Program-made: the position numbers and the translations under genes
The notes under the pieces: model-generated
What the model saw: only the letters and a program-made list of their open reading frames with translations
Databases searched by the model: none
What the model was told of the DNA's origin: nothing
NCBI GenBank assembly: GCA_902826215.1
Contig: CADEDY010000016.1
Coordinates: 3,109-67,108, forward strand
Reading direction: 5' to 3'
DNA from: an uncultured Bacteroidota bacterium
GTDB taxonomy: Bacteria; Bacteroidota; Bacteroidia; Flavobacteriales_F; PHOS-HE28
DNA: 64,000 bases
Shown: one piece after another, positions 10,418 through 19,457 of the stretch
Numbering within the stretch: the stretch's first letter is position 1
Layout: every line of letters starts with the position of its first letter

Positions 10418-10439
10418 CGAATGGTTGCCGAATGGTTGC
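10418..10439. repeat. 11-bp tandem duplication CGAATGGTTGC x2 in the 3' flank of the paralog array
   Basis: Direct reading of the sequence at 10418-10439. Confidence 0.6.
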
Positions 10440-10449
10440 TTGGATCGAT

Positions 10450-12633
10450 CTACTCCTTCACGAAAGATGCGTACTCCCAACCACCATCGGAACTTCGCAC
10501 CCCGAAATGGTAGACCCCGGCCGGAAACCGCTCAACGTCCAAGTCCAAACGACGGACAGACCCTTTCCATCCATGAACGACCCTGCCATCGATCGTGGTG
10601 ATGCGTGACTCAATGATGAATGTGTTGTTCGGCAGTTCGATGAACACTCGGTTCTTGGCGGGGTTCGGGTAGAGCATTGGGCTTGATCCGATCCGCTCTG
10701 TGATGTCGGTACTGAACTCTGCCACCAGCACGCTGGGCTCGGTGATCACCGGTGGGTTGAAGTCGAAGTAGATGTTGGTGATATTCTGGATCGCCGTACC
10801 AGCCGAAAGCGGCTGTTTTGGGCGGATGCGGAAACTGATGAGGCCATGGCTCATCGGCTCGTTCACATTGCTATCCGGGAGCAGGATGTTGGGGAAGATG
10901 AACTTCAAAGTGCCTTGACCCTGCACACTCCAGATATGGGCATGTGAGGCGCTCACCAACGAGATCGAAGCTGGGTCAAGCGTGGCCGGAAGCGTGTCCG
11001 TGACAACAATGGTGAAAGCCGTGTCCGTTCCCGTATTCTGGTAGCGGATCACATAGTCGATCCACTCATCCTGATCGATGAAGTAGAGTTCATTACTACC
11101 ACGGGTGCTGGTGTAGGCGGTCTTGTCGTTGGGATCAAAACTGCCGGTGACGGTGATCGACGCTGATGCGGTGTTGTTGCTCACGTCCCCATCCGTGTTC
11201 GCGACAGCAATTGTGGCACTTGCCAGCAGTTCAGTACCGATGAGGCCAACATCGGGCGGCACCTGCAGTTGGATCTGGTAGTCGCGGTCCTGGAAAAGGT
11301 CGAGCGCGGATCCGTTCCACGTGATGGTGTTACCGCTGACCGTGCTGGGTGTCGGGGTCGCGCTGATGTAGCTCAACGTTGGATCGAATGTGAGCGTGGT
11401 CGTTGTGGCCCCACTTGAGGAGGAGGATAGATTCTCCACATGCACCGTATGGTGCACTTGGAAACCGGGCCGCGCTGGGCCCGACGCCAGGCTGATGGCA
11501 ACATCCAAGGGGATCGTGGCCTGATGCCCGATATTGGCTATGGTATTGGCGCCGTTCACCGTAGCGCCTGCCGGACAGCTCTGCGCAATGGCCGCAACGC
11601 TGGTGGTCAGTGTGTAACTGCCGTTCGGCACCACCACGGAATAGCCTCCGTTGGATGTGGTATAGATCGGCCCCGGTTGTATCTCCACCACCACGTTCGT
11701 GGCGTTTGCTTCGGTATCGATACAGTCGCTGTTGTAGTCCATGTACGTGCTTCCGGAAATACTGCCGCATGTGGGCCCGAGATCGGGGATCGTCACGAGG
11801 ATGCTATCGGTCGTACATCCCCCTCCCTGAAGCAATGAGTATGTAAGAGCAAGGCGATACAAAAGCCAGTAGTTCCCCGGCTCCAAATAGCCGAATGCGT
11901 ATACGTCCGGAGCGACGGTCTCCAAGTTGGTCTCCCACCCTTCGTACTCTGTGCTCCCCTCTGGCTTCAGGATATAGTACATATCCCCCATCGTCGTGGG
12001 CGTGGTGACGAAGGTGACCTTGCCGGTCCCTTGGCTGGTGCAGGAGCCTTGCACATCCACCACGGTGAAGCTGGGCCACACGGTAATGGGGTAACCGGCC
12101 GTGAAGTTCAAGGTGCCAGAGCATCCGTTCACATCCCAAAAGGTCACCGATTGACTGCTGCCGGGAGCAATGGACCCAGGATCCAGATACCAGTTGTTCG
12201 GACCGGCCGGTGGTGGCACTTGGGCAATGATCCCCAGCGAGGAACTCCAGGGGCTCACGTCGACGGGTATTCCATGTGGCCCTGGAGGAAAGAAGAACTC
12301 GTGATAGTTCTGTCCAGGGCAATATGGGTGGGGATAGTTGTAGTCAAGTGTACCGTAATCCGCGCTGATCACCGTGGCCTGTTCCGTGACCTGCGTGCCA
12401 ACGAAGTCGGTGACAGTGACACTGTACGTGCCCGAGCCCAGGTTGCTTATCCCTTCCGTGGTCTCACCACCGCCCCAGAGGTAGGTGTAGGGTGGTACTC
12501 CACCGGATACCGCCGCGTAAACAGATCCGTCCGCATACGAGCATGTCTCGTTCTGCACCTGCAAGTCCACTGTCAGCGCCCATGCTGTCGTTGATACGAA
12601 GAGGTGCGCGCAACCAAATAGTGCTCTTTTCAT
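10450..12633 (-). CDS. T9SS type-A sorting-domain protein with N-terminal SprB repeat (array paralog 1)
   Basis: Signal peptide. SprB-type repeat CSYADGSVYAAVSGGVPPYTYLWGGG...GTYSVTVTD. CG-ISG...DC SdrD-B/Cna-B-like module. GSFDPNDK, WIDYVIRYQNTGTDTAF, ILLPDSNVNEP and FDFNPPVITEPSVLVAEFST motifs. C-terminal LYPNPAKNRVFIEL...YHFGV tail typical of Por_Secre_tail. Confidence 0.85.
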   Translation of the reverse strand: MKRALFGCAHLFVSTTAWALTVDLQVQNETCSYADGSVYAAVSGGVPPYTYLWGGGETTEGISNLGSGTYSVTVTDFVGTQVTEQATVISADYGTLDYNYPHPYCPGQNYHEFFFPPGPHGIPVDVSPWSSSLGIIAQVPPPAGPNNWYLDPGSIAPGSSQSVTFWDVNGCSGTLNFTAGYPITVWPSFTVVDVQGSCTSQGTGKVTFVTTPTTMGDMYYILKPEGSTEYEGWETNLETVAPDVYAFGYLEPGNYWLLYRLALTYSLLQGGGCTTDSILVTIPDLGPTCGSISGSTYMDYNSDCIDTEANATNVVVEIQPGPIYTTSNGGYSVVVPNGSYTLTTSVAAIAQSCPAGATVNGANTIANIGHQATIPLDVAISLASGPARPGFQVHHTVHVENLSSSSSGATTTTLTFDPTLSYISATPTPSTVSGNTITWNGSALDLFQDRDYQIQLQVPPDVGLIGTELLASATIAVANTDGDVSNNTASASITVTGSFDPNDKTAYTSTRGSNELYFIDQDEWIDYVIRYQNTGTDTAFTIVVTDTLPATLDPASISLVSASHAHIWSVQGQGTLKFIFPNILLPDSNVNEPMSHGLISFRIRPKQPLSAGTAIQNITNIYFDFNPPVITEPSVLVAEFSTDITERIGSSPMLYPNPAKNRVFIELPNNTFIIESRITTIDGRVVHGWKGSVRRLDLDVERFPAGVYHFGVRSSDGGWEYASFVKE

Positions 12634-12639
12634 GGTGTG

Positions 12640-14907
12640 TCAGTTCTTGATGAAGCGCTCGCGTGCGGTTGTTCCATTGGTCAGGTCCGCGATAAGCAGG
12701 TAGGCTCCGCTCATCAGGTTGTTCACATCCACCCTAGCGCTGCTCGTGCGCAGGTTCGAACGAAGGACCTCCCGTCCATCCGCAGCAACGATCCTTATCG
12801 AAATGATCCCCGTATTGGAGGTCACAGTCAAAAGATCGGTAGCCGGATTCGGCAGCAGGTTCAACTGTCGTGGAGATGTCGTCGAACCTTGACCGATCGA
12901 AGTACTGAACTCCGCCACCAGCACGCTCGGCTCCGTGATCACTGGCGGGTTGAAGTCGAAGAAGATGTTGGCGATGTTGGAGATCTCATCGCCCGGCAAC
13001 AAGGGCAGACGCGGACGGATGCGGAAGCCCACGAAACCGTGACTGCGTGGCTCATTGATGTTGCTGTCCGGAAGCTGGATGTTCGGGAAGTAGAACTTCA
13101 GGGTGCCGGAATCACGCAGTTCCCAGGAGAACGTGTGCGAAGCCGCACCCATGACGATGCTTCCAGGATCCAGGTTCGCCGGCAATGTGTCGGTGATCAC
13201 CACGTTGAAGGCGGTGTCCGTACCTGTGTTCTGGAAGCGGATGGTGTAGTCGATCCACTCGTCGGCACCGAGGAGCCACGCGTTGGTGTTGCCGGTGCTG
13301 GTGGTAGCTAGCTTGTCATTGGGGTCGTAGGCGCCGGTAATGGTGCGCTGCAACAGGTAACTATTGTTGGGAAGGTCAGCATCGGTATTGCTGGTGCTCA
13401 CCGTGGCCGTGGTGAGCAAGTCCGTTCCGAGCAGGCCCACGTCAGGTGGCACTTGGAAACGTAGTTGGACGGTGCGCGATTGAAAAGCGTTGGTGAAAGA
13501 AAAGTCTGCACCCGTCCAGGTGAGTACGTTGCCGGCCGTGGTGGTGGGCGCCGGTGTGGCGAAAACCAACCCCAGCAGCGCATCATGCTCCAACATCAGC
13601 GATACCGTGCCCGCAGCATCGGCGGTCAGGTTGTTCACCTGCACAGCTACCTGATACTCGAATCCAGGCCGCGCCGCACCATCGCTCATCGTCACCTGCA
13701 TATCCAGTTGCGCGCCCACCTCCATGGGCACATGCACATTGTTGTTCACGGCTTGCTGCACCACCTGCACCACCGGGCACGATTGCTCCAGCACGGGGTG
13801 CTCGGCGAAGACCTCGTAGGTACCATAAGGCACCTGCACGCTGTACTGGCCGCTGCTGTTGGTGTTGCCGAAATAGGGACCGGGCTCCAACCGCACCACC
13901 GTGGCCGGCACGTTGTTCTCGCTGGTGTTCGTCGCGCAGTTGGAGTTATTATCCATGAACACGCGACCGCTCACCACACCACAATCGCCGGGCAATGCGG
14001 GCACCAACACTTGGATGGAATCGCGGCACTGGTAGTCGTACCAGTCCGTGAAATCGAAGTTGAAGGTCTGCCCGGAGACATGCACCCAGTAGTTCCCCGG
14101 CGCAAGACCGGTGAAGGTGTAGGGTGTACCGATGAAACCTGCGGGTTCGATCCCGGTCTGGGAACAACCGCCCGCTACGACCTCCCCCGCGCTGTTCTTC
14201 AGCCGGGTCACCACCTGCGGATAGAGCCCAAAACCGCCAAAGGACATGGTGATGCTACCGCTCGCCCCGTTGCTGCACGAACCCGCTACATCCACCACTT
14301 GCATCACAGGGAGCGTCTCCGGGCCATTGAGGCCGACCCAGGCATCCAGGATACAGCCGTTCTGATCCTCGAACTGCAGTGGATAGGAACCGTAGCCCGG
14401 GAACATCAGGGCCCGATAGGTGAACTGCCCGCACTCATCCAGTTGCTGCGAGGAGTCGATCACATCGGGACCCCAGATGTCCACGATCCCGTTCTCGAAC
14501 ATGTTCACCACGGCGATGGGTGGCTCACCGGGACATGTGGCGATCGCTTGTATGGCCAGGTTGACCGCACCATCGATGACCACCTCGATCGGACCGGTAC
14601 TGGCCATGTCCATCTGGGAATCGACCACGGTGAGGGAATAAACACCAGGATAAAGACCCTCCAGTGCCAGGTTGGCGACCGACGAACTGCTTTCTTGGAA
14701 CACCTCACCCCCGGCATCATACCAGGTCACGGTGAACGGGGGCAGGCCGCCCACCACATCCACGTAGATGGAACCATCCGGTCCACCACAAAGGGACGGC
14801 CCCACAGCAGCCACAAAGAGCTCGATGGCGTGGAGTGGCGCCATACCGAGCAAGATGCCCACCAGTGCGGTCGACGCGCGCAGCCAGTATGTATCGATGG
14901 ATGTCAT
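12640..14907 (-). CDS. T9SS type-A sorting-domain protein with N-terminal SprB repeat (array paralog 2). Start trimmed to ATG 14907; the ORF track extends to 14949.
   Basis: Same architecture as paralog 1. MTSIDTYWLRASTALVGILLG is signal-like. C-terminal LLPNPATDLLTV...GAYLLIADL CTD. Confidence 0.8.
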   Translation of the reverse strand: MTSIDTYWLRASTALVGILLGMAPLHAIELFVAAVGPSLCGGPDGSIYVDVVGGLPPFTVTWYDAGGEVFQESSSSVANLALEGLYPGVYSLTVVDSQMDMASTGPIEVVIDGAVNLAIQAIATCPGEPPIAVVNMFENGIVDIWGPDVIDSSQQLDECGQFTYRALMFPGYGSYPLQFEDQNGCILDAWVGLNGPETLPVMQVVDVAGSCSNGASGSITMSFGGFGLYPQVVTRLKNSAGEVVAGGCSQTGIEPAGFIGTPYTFTGLAPGNYWVHVSGQTFNFDFTDWYDYQCRDSIQVLVPALPGDCGVVSGRVFMDNNSNCATNTSENNVPATVVRLEPGPYFGNTNSSGQYSVQVPYGTYEVFAEHPVLEQSCPVVQVVQQAVNNNVHVPMEVGAQLDMQVTMSDGAARPGFEYQVAVQVNNLTADAAGTVSLMLEHDALLGLVFATPAPTTTAGNVLTWTGADFSFTNAFQSRTVQLRFQVPPDVGLLGTDLLTTATVSTSNTDADLPNNSYLLQRTITGAYDPNDKLATTSTGNTNAWLLGADEWIDYTIRFQNTGTDTAFNVVITDTLPANLDPGSIVMGAASHTFSWELRDSGTLKFYFPNIQLPDSNINEPRSHGFVGFRIRPRLPLLPGDEISNIANIFFDFNPPVITEPSVLVAEFSTSIGQGSTTSPRQLNLLPNPATDLLTVTSNTGIISIRIVAADGREVLRSNLRTSSARVDVNNLMSGAYLLIADLTNGTTARERFIKN

Positions 14908-14945
14908 TGTCCTATGTTCTGTTCGTTGGTCCTGCATTCGGTCGC

Positions 14946-17171
14946 TCATCGTTTCACGAAGCGCACTGTGCTGCGGCTCCCATCGTCGGTCAGAAGCTCC
15001 AGCATATAGACCCCGGTGGACAAGGCCTCCACGTTAATTGTCGCACTGGTGCCCGGCATGCGCTGTTCCAACATCGATCGGCCATCAATACCCCGAACGA
15101 TCAACATGCCTGTGTGCAGGTCATCGCCACTCCTTCGAACCATGAGCCAACCTTCGGTCGGGTTCGGCGTCACCAGCAGTTGTGCAAGGCTCTCCGGTTC
15201 CTCCACACCCGTACTGAACTCCGCCACCAACACGCTCGGCTCCGTGATCACCGGCGGATTGAAGTCGAAGAAGATGTTGGCGATGTTCTCGATGCTCGTT
15301 GTTGCAGCAAGTGGAAGTCGTGGCTTGATTCGGAAGGAGACAAAGCCATGGCTAAGAGGCTCGTTCACGTTGCTATCCGGCAGTTGGATGTTGTAGAAGG
15401 CCCAGCGCAACACGTTGCCATCGCGAATGGATAGCGCATGCGCATGTGATGATGCACCTGCTTGGAAGGTGCCCAGATCGAGCTCCGTTGGGATGGTGTC
15501 GGTCACCACGATGTTGAATGCGGTGTCGCTGCCCGTATTCTGGAATCGTATGGTGTAGTCGATCCATTCATCCACATCCATATAGTACAGGTCGTTGCTT
15601 GAGCCACTGCTCGTGCGTGCCGTCTTGTCGTTCGGATCGTAGCTGCCGGTCACCGTGGTGGTGAGTGCGGCGGCATTGTTCGCAGGTACCGCATCGACAT
15701 TGCCTGTGGTGAGGCTCGCGTTGAAGACCAGGTCCGTCCCGAGCAGGTTGATGTCCGGCGGAACCTGTAACTGCACATGCACTGTTCGTTCTTGGAAGGA
15801 ACTGAATGCAGCGATGTTCCACGTGAGCGTATTGCCGGACACGTTCGGTGCCGGGAAGGCGGAAACGAAGGAGAGCACCGGGTCGAAGGTGATGGTGAGC
15901 GTGCTGGCTCCGGTGCTGGACAAGGTGTTGTTCGCCACTCGAGCTGTGAGGGCCATTTGGAACCCGGGCCGTGCAGCACCGCTCGCTAGCGATACGCTGG
16001 CATCCATCGGCACGAGTGCGGTATCGGCCACATTCACCGTTTGGAACGGAACACCCGAAGACAAGGTGAACGGTGCGGGTGCTGAAATGCAATGATCCTC
16101 CAGAACGGCACTCTGCTGTTGTATGGTGTAAGAGCCCAATGGCAGGTTGATGCCGTACAGACCACCGCCGGTGATCGTATAGATCGGGCCGGGGAGTATC
16201 TCAAGCACCACACCGCTAGCTCCGGGCTCGTTGCCTTGCCGAACGCAGTCCTCGTTGTCGTCCATGAACACGGTGCCACTGATGTTGCCGCAACCGGGGC
16301 CGAGGTCCGGTATGGTGAAGGGAGTGCTCACCCGGCACCCGCTGCTCGCCAAGAATGTGCTCTCGCTCATGAATTGGATGAGCAGGTAGTCTCCGGGCGG
16401 CAGAGCGTATGAGTTCGTGCTCACCGCGTTCCCTGCTCCGAAGGAGGTGATGTACTGGTTGTTGATGGTTTCGATCTTCACTTGGGTGAACTGGCTGTGG
16501 CCTTCAAGCCCCGTTTGGAAGGTGATGGACCCGTTGTTACCACCGGAGCATGCACCTTGTATCTCCAGGATGGTCAGGTCGGGCCATTCGATCGGGTAAC
16601 CGATGTATTCGTTCAAGGTGCCCGTACATCCGGCGCCGTCGCTGAACGTGTAAGTCTGCCAACCACCGAACTGTGGTGCGGGCCAACTGGCGGCATAGAA
16701 GGTATCGACCGGGAAGAGCCACTCGTAATAGATGGTCTCTTGCATGGTCTGTCCGTTCACGGTGTAGGGCAACGGACCCATATACTGACCTAAACCCGTG
16801 TTCCCATTCCCCGGTCCGTCCAGCAGCACATCCGTGAACGTGTTGCACAGTCCGGTCGTCCCGCCGTCGGCGATGTCCGAGAGCGCGTAGGGTTGACCTG
16901 AAAGAACGATCTCACCTGTCGCCTGATCATTGTTGAAGTCGGTCACTGTCACCGAATAGGTACCCGGTGGTAGATCGGAAACAACAGCGGTGGTGGCTCC
17001 GGTGCTCCACAAATAGGCATACGGGCCCACACCACCAGTGGCATTGGCTTGGATGTTGCCGCTGGGATAATTGCACGTTGGGTATCGGTTCACCCAAATG
17101 TTGACCGTTACGGCTTGTGCTGCGATATGCACAGCGAAAAGTAGGGGCAGAAGGATGCTTCTCATGGTCAT
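14946..17171 (-). CDS. T9SS type-A sorting-domain protein with N-terminal SprB repeat (array paralog 3)
   Basis: Same architecture, 741 aa. Its start overlaps the paralog 4 stop (ATGA). Confidence 0.85.
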   Translation of the reverse strand: MTMRSILLPLLFAVHIAAQAVTVNIWVNRYPTCNYPSGNIQANATGGVGPYAYLWSTGATTAVVSDLPPGTYSVTVTDFNNDQATGEIVLSGQPYALSDIADGGTTGLCNTFTDVLLDGPGNGNTGLGQYMGPLPYTVNGQTMQETIYYEWLFPVDTFYAASWPAPQFGGWQTYTFSDGAGCTGTLNEYIGYPIEWPDLTILEIQGACSGGNNGSITFQTGLEGHSQFTQVKIETINNQYITSFGAGNAVSTNSYALPPGDYLLIQFMSESTFLASSGCRVSTPFTIPDLGPGCGNISGTVFMDDNEDCVRQGNEPGASGVVLEILPGPIYTITGGGLYGINLPLGSYTIQQQSAVLEDHCISAPAPFTLSSGVPFQTVNVADTALVPMDASVSLASGAARPGFQMALTARVANNTLSSTGASTLTITFDPVLSFVSAFPAPNVSGNTLTWNIAAFSSFQERTVHVQLQVPPDINLLGTDLVFNASLTTGNVDAVPANNAAALTTTVTGSYDPNDKTARTSSGSSNDLYYMDVDEWIDYTIRFQNTGSDTAFNIVVTDTIPTELDLGTFQAGASSHAHALSIRDGNVLRWAFYNIQLPDSNVNEPLSHGFVSFRIKPRLPLAATTSIENIANIFFDFNPPVITEPSVLVAEFSTGVEEPESLAQLLVTPNPTEGWLMVRRSGDDLHTGMLIVRGIDGRSMLEQRMPGTSATINVEALSTGVYMLELLTDDGSRSTVRFVKR

Positions 17172-19453
17172 TGCTTCAACAGTGAAGTACGTATGGTCCT
17201 GCCTTCAGTGGTATGAACCACGAGCGTGTAGCTGCCGGCAGCTAAACCACCGATATCGAATGAGGCGCTCGTTCCGATGCATTGGATCTCGGCTACCACA
17301 CGGCCATCCAACGCTGTAAGTACGAGCCGTTGCAACGCGTTGCTATCCACCCGGACCGTGACCGCGTCCTTGGCCGGATTCGGATACACGGACAGTGCGG
17401 CGGCCGTCTCTGGAACCCCGCTCACCCCCGTACTGAACTCAGCCACCAGCGCGCTCGGCTCGGTGATCACGGGTGGGTTGAAGTCGAAGTAGATATTGGC
17501 GATGTTGGAGATCTCATCGCCCGTCAACAAGGGCAGACGCGGACGGATGCGGAAGCCCACGAAACCGTGACTGCGTGGCTCATTGATGTTGCTATCCGGC
17601 AGCAGGATGTTGGGGTAATAGAACTTCAACGTGCCTTGGTCGCGGAGTTCCCATGTGAAGGTGTGCGAGGAAGCGCCCATGATGATGCTTCCGGGATCCA
17701 GGTTGGATGGAAGGGTATCCGTGATAACCACCGTGAAGGCGGTATCGGTGCCGGTGTTCTGGAAGCGGATGGTGTAGTCGATCCATTCATCCGCGCCAAG
17801 CTGCCACAGGTCCGTGTTACCGCTGCTGGTAACGGCCAGCTTATCGTTGGGGTCATAGCTACCCGTCACGACCACACCGTACACAGCGGTGTTGTTGGAG
17901 AGGTCGGCATCCACATTCGCTGTGATCAAGGTGGCTGTGGATTGAAGCGTGGTGCCCAGCAGACCCACATCGGGTGGCACCTGGAACCGCACTTGGAAGG
18001 TCCGCTCTTGGAAAGGCTGCGTAAGGGTGAAGGCCGGTGCCGTCCAGGTCAGTACGTTTCCCGTGATGGATGTTGGGACATACGTGGATGAAAGAAAGCT
18101 GAGCACAGGGTCCACCTCCAGTGTAAGCGTCACGGTGCCGGTGCTGGAAGGGGTCAGGTTGCGCGCATGGATGCCGTATTGTAGTTCGAACCCGGGGCGG
18201 GCTGCACCGCTGGTCAGGCTCACCATCGCATCCATCGGAACCCCGCCGGAGCAGGCCGTGTTCGCTTGTTGCATGGCTGTGGAACTGATCGTGAAAGCCG
18301 CCGGACAACTCTGCTCGAACAGCGGATGCTCCTCGGTGATGGTGTAGGAGCCAAAAGGCAGGGTGGCAGCATACGAGCCGAATTGATCGCTTAGCAGGTA
18401 GATGGGTCCGGGATCGACCCGCACAATGCTGTTGGGGATGTGGTTCTCGGAACCGAGGATGCAGTTGGCATCGTCGTCGATGAACAGCCTGCCGGTCAGG
18501 TTGCCGCAATCCTGGGAGACCACTGGTATGGTGAATGGGATGACGCCTTCGCACGCCGTGACCAGTGAACCGATCTGCTGGCCGTAACCGCTCGGATCGG
18601 TGGTCCAGACCAGTTCGAAGTCGCCTGGCGGCAGGTTCGCGAAGGTCCTCACGCCCGCATCGCTCGGTTGTCCGAATAGGATGGGGTCCATACTGGCCAC
18701 GCAGTCCACCGATTGCCCTACTGGCCGAATGTAAAGACCGAACGTGTTGAACGAATTGATGCCTACCGCAACGCGTAAGGTCCCTGCAGCACTGTTCTGG
18801 CAACTCGGGGTGATGTTCATGATCTGCAAGCTGGGTGGTTCGAAGGGTGCGGGAACGGTCACGGTCGCGGTACCTGCACATCCGTTCGCATCGCTGTAAT
18901 TCACGGTCACATCGGATCCTGGAGGTGCATCGATGAATATCACGTCGTAGACGATGTATCCTGACGGGTCGCTGCAGTTAAGGACCTGTCCGTAGTTCGA
19001 TACGGCATCGCCCCAATACGAGTAAGGTCCAGGTCCGTAGGGTGAGGAGGGATCGTAGGGTTCCACAAGGCTGTTGCCGGAATACCTGATCAATTGGGGT
19101 AGCCCACCAATACAATAGCTGGCACCGATCCCGAACCCACCGAACGGTTCCCAGGAGGAACCATAGCCATCGATCTCATCGATCACCACCTCCGCCGTAG
19201 CCTCCTCCATGGCGGCATCGGTCACGATCACCGTGTAGGTGCCCGGTGATAGTCCGATCACTGAATTCCCAATGGGCAGCCCATCGCTCCATGCATAGCT
19301 GTAGGGCATCACGCCATCGGTAGCGATCGCGTAGGCCCTGCCGTTCGCCCGACCGCAGTTGCTGTGCGCCTGCACACTGGTGGTGACGCTCAGTGCAGCG
19401 GAAGCATGAACGCTGAACAAAAGCAAAGAGGCGAGCAGTAGTTGCTTGTTCAT
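17168..19453 (-). CDS. T9SS type-A sorting-domain protein with N-terminal SprB repeat (array paralog 4). Start trimmed to ATG 19453 (MNKQLLLASLLLFSVHASA).
   Basis: Same architecture. The C-terminal half is near-identical to paralog 2 at the protein level and, in places, at the nucleotide level. Confidence 0.8.
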   Translation of the reverse strand: MNKQLLLASLLLFSVHASAALSVTTSVQAHSNCGRANGRAYAIATDGVMPYSYAWSDGLPIGNSVIGLSPGTYTVIVTDAAMEEATAEVVIDEIDGYGSSWEPFGGFGIGASYCIGGLPQLIRYSGNSLVEPYDPSSPYGPGPYSYWGDAVSNYGQVLNCSDPSGYIVYDVIFIDAPPGSDVTVNYSDANGCAGTATVTVPAPFEPPSLQIMNITPSCQNSAAGTLRVAVGINSFNTFGLYIRPVGQSVDCVASMDPILFGQPSDAGVRTFANLPPGDFELVWTTDPSGYGQQIGSLVTACEGVIPFTIPVVSQDCGNLTGRLFIDDDANCILGSENHIPNSIVRVDPGPIYLLSDQFGSYAATLPFGSYTITEEHPLFEQSCPAAFTISSTAMQQANTACSGGVPMDAMVSLTSGAARPGFELQYGIHARNLTPSSTGTVTLTLEVDPVLSFLSSTYVPTSITGNVLTWTAPAFTLTQPFQERTFQVRFQVPPDVGLLGTTLQSTATLITANVDADLSNNTAVYGVVVTGSYDPNDKLAVTSSGNTDLWQLGADEWIDYTIRFQNTGTDTAFTVVITDTLPSNLDPGSIIMGASSHTFTWELRDQGTLKFYYPNILLPDSNINEPRSHGFVGFRIRPRLPLLTGDEISNIANIYFDFNPPVITEPSALVAEFSTGVSGVPETAAALSVYPNPAKDAVTVRVDSNALQRLVLTALDGRVVAEIQCIGTSASFDIGGLAAGSYTLVVHTTEGRTIRTSLLKQ

Positions 19454-19457
19454 CCGC

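Noticed and set aside
10259-10480. 73-aa minus-strand ORF in the array 3' flank
   Set aside because: It starts with a non-ATG codon inside the last array gene and has no features. The shorter 35-aa hydrophobic ORF in another frame is kept as a low-interest finding instead.
13465-15009. Long plus-strand ORFs antisense to the paralog array (13465-15009 514 aa, 17282-18091, 17859-18881, 19653-20195, 26238-27593 451 aa, 29510-29956, 31384-32028)
   Set aside because: They lie entirely inside stronger minus-strand ORFs that carry recognisable domains. High GC suppresses stop codons on the antisense strand. Their translations are low-complexity (R/H/G/A-rich) with no motifs.
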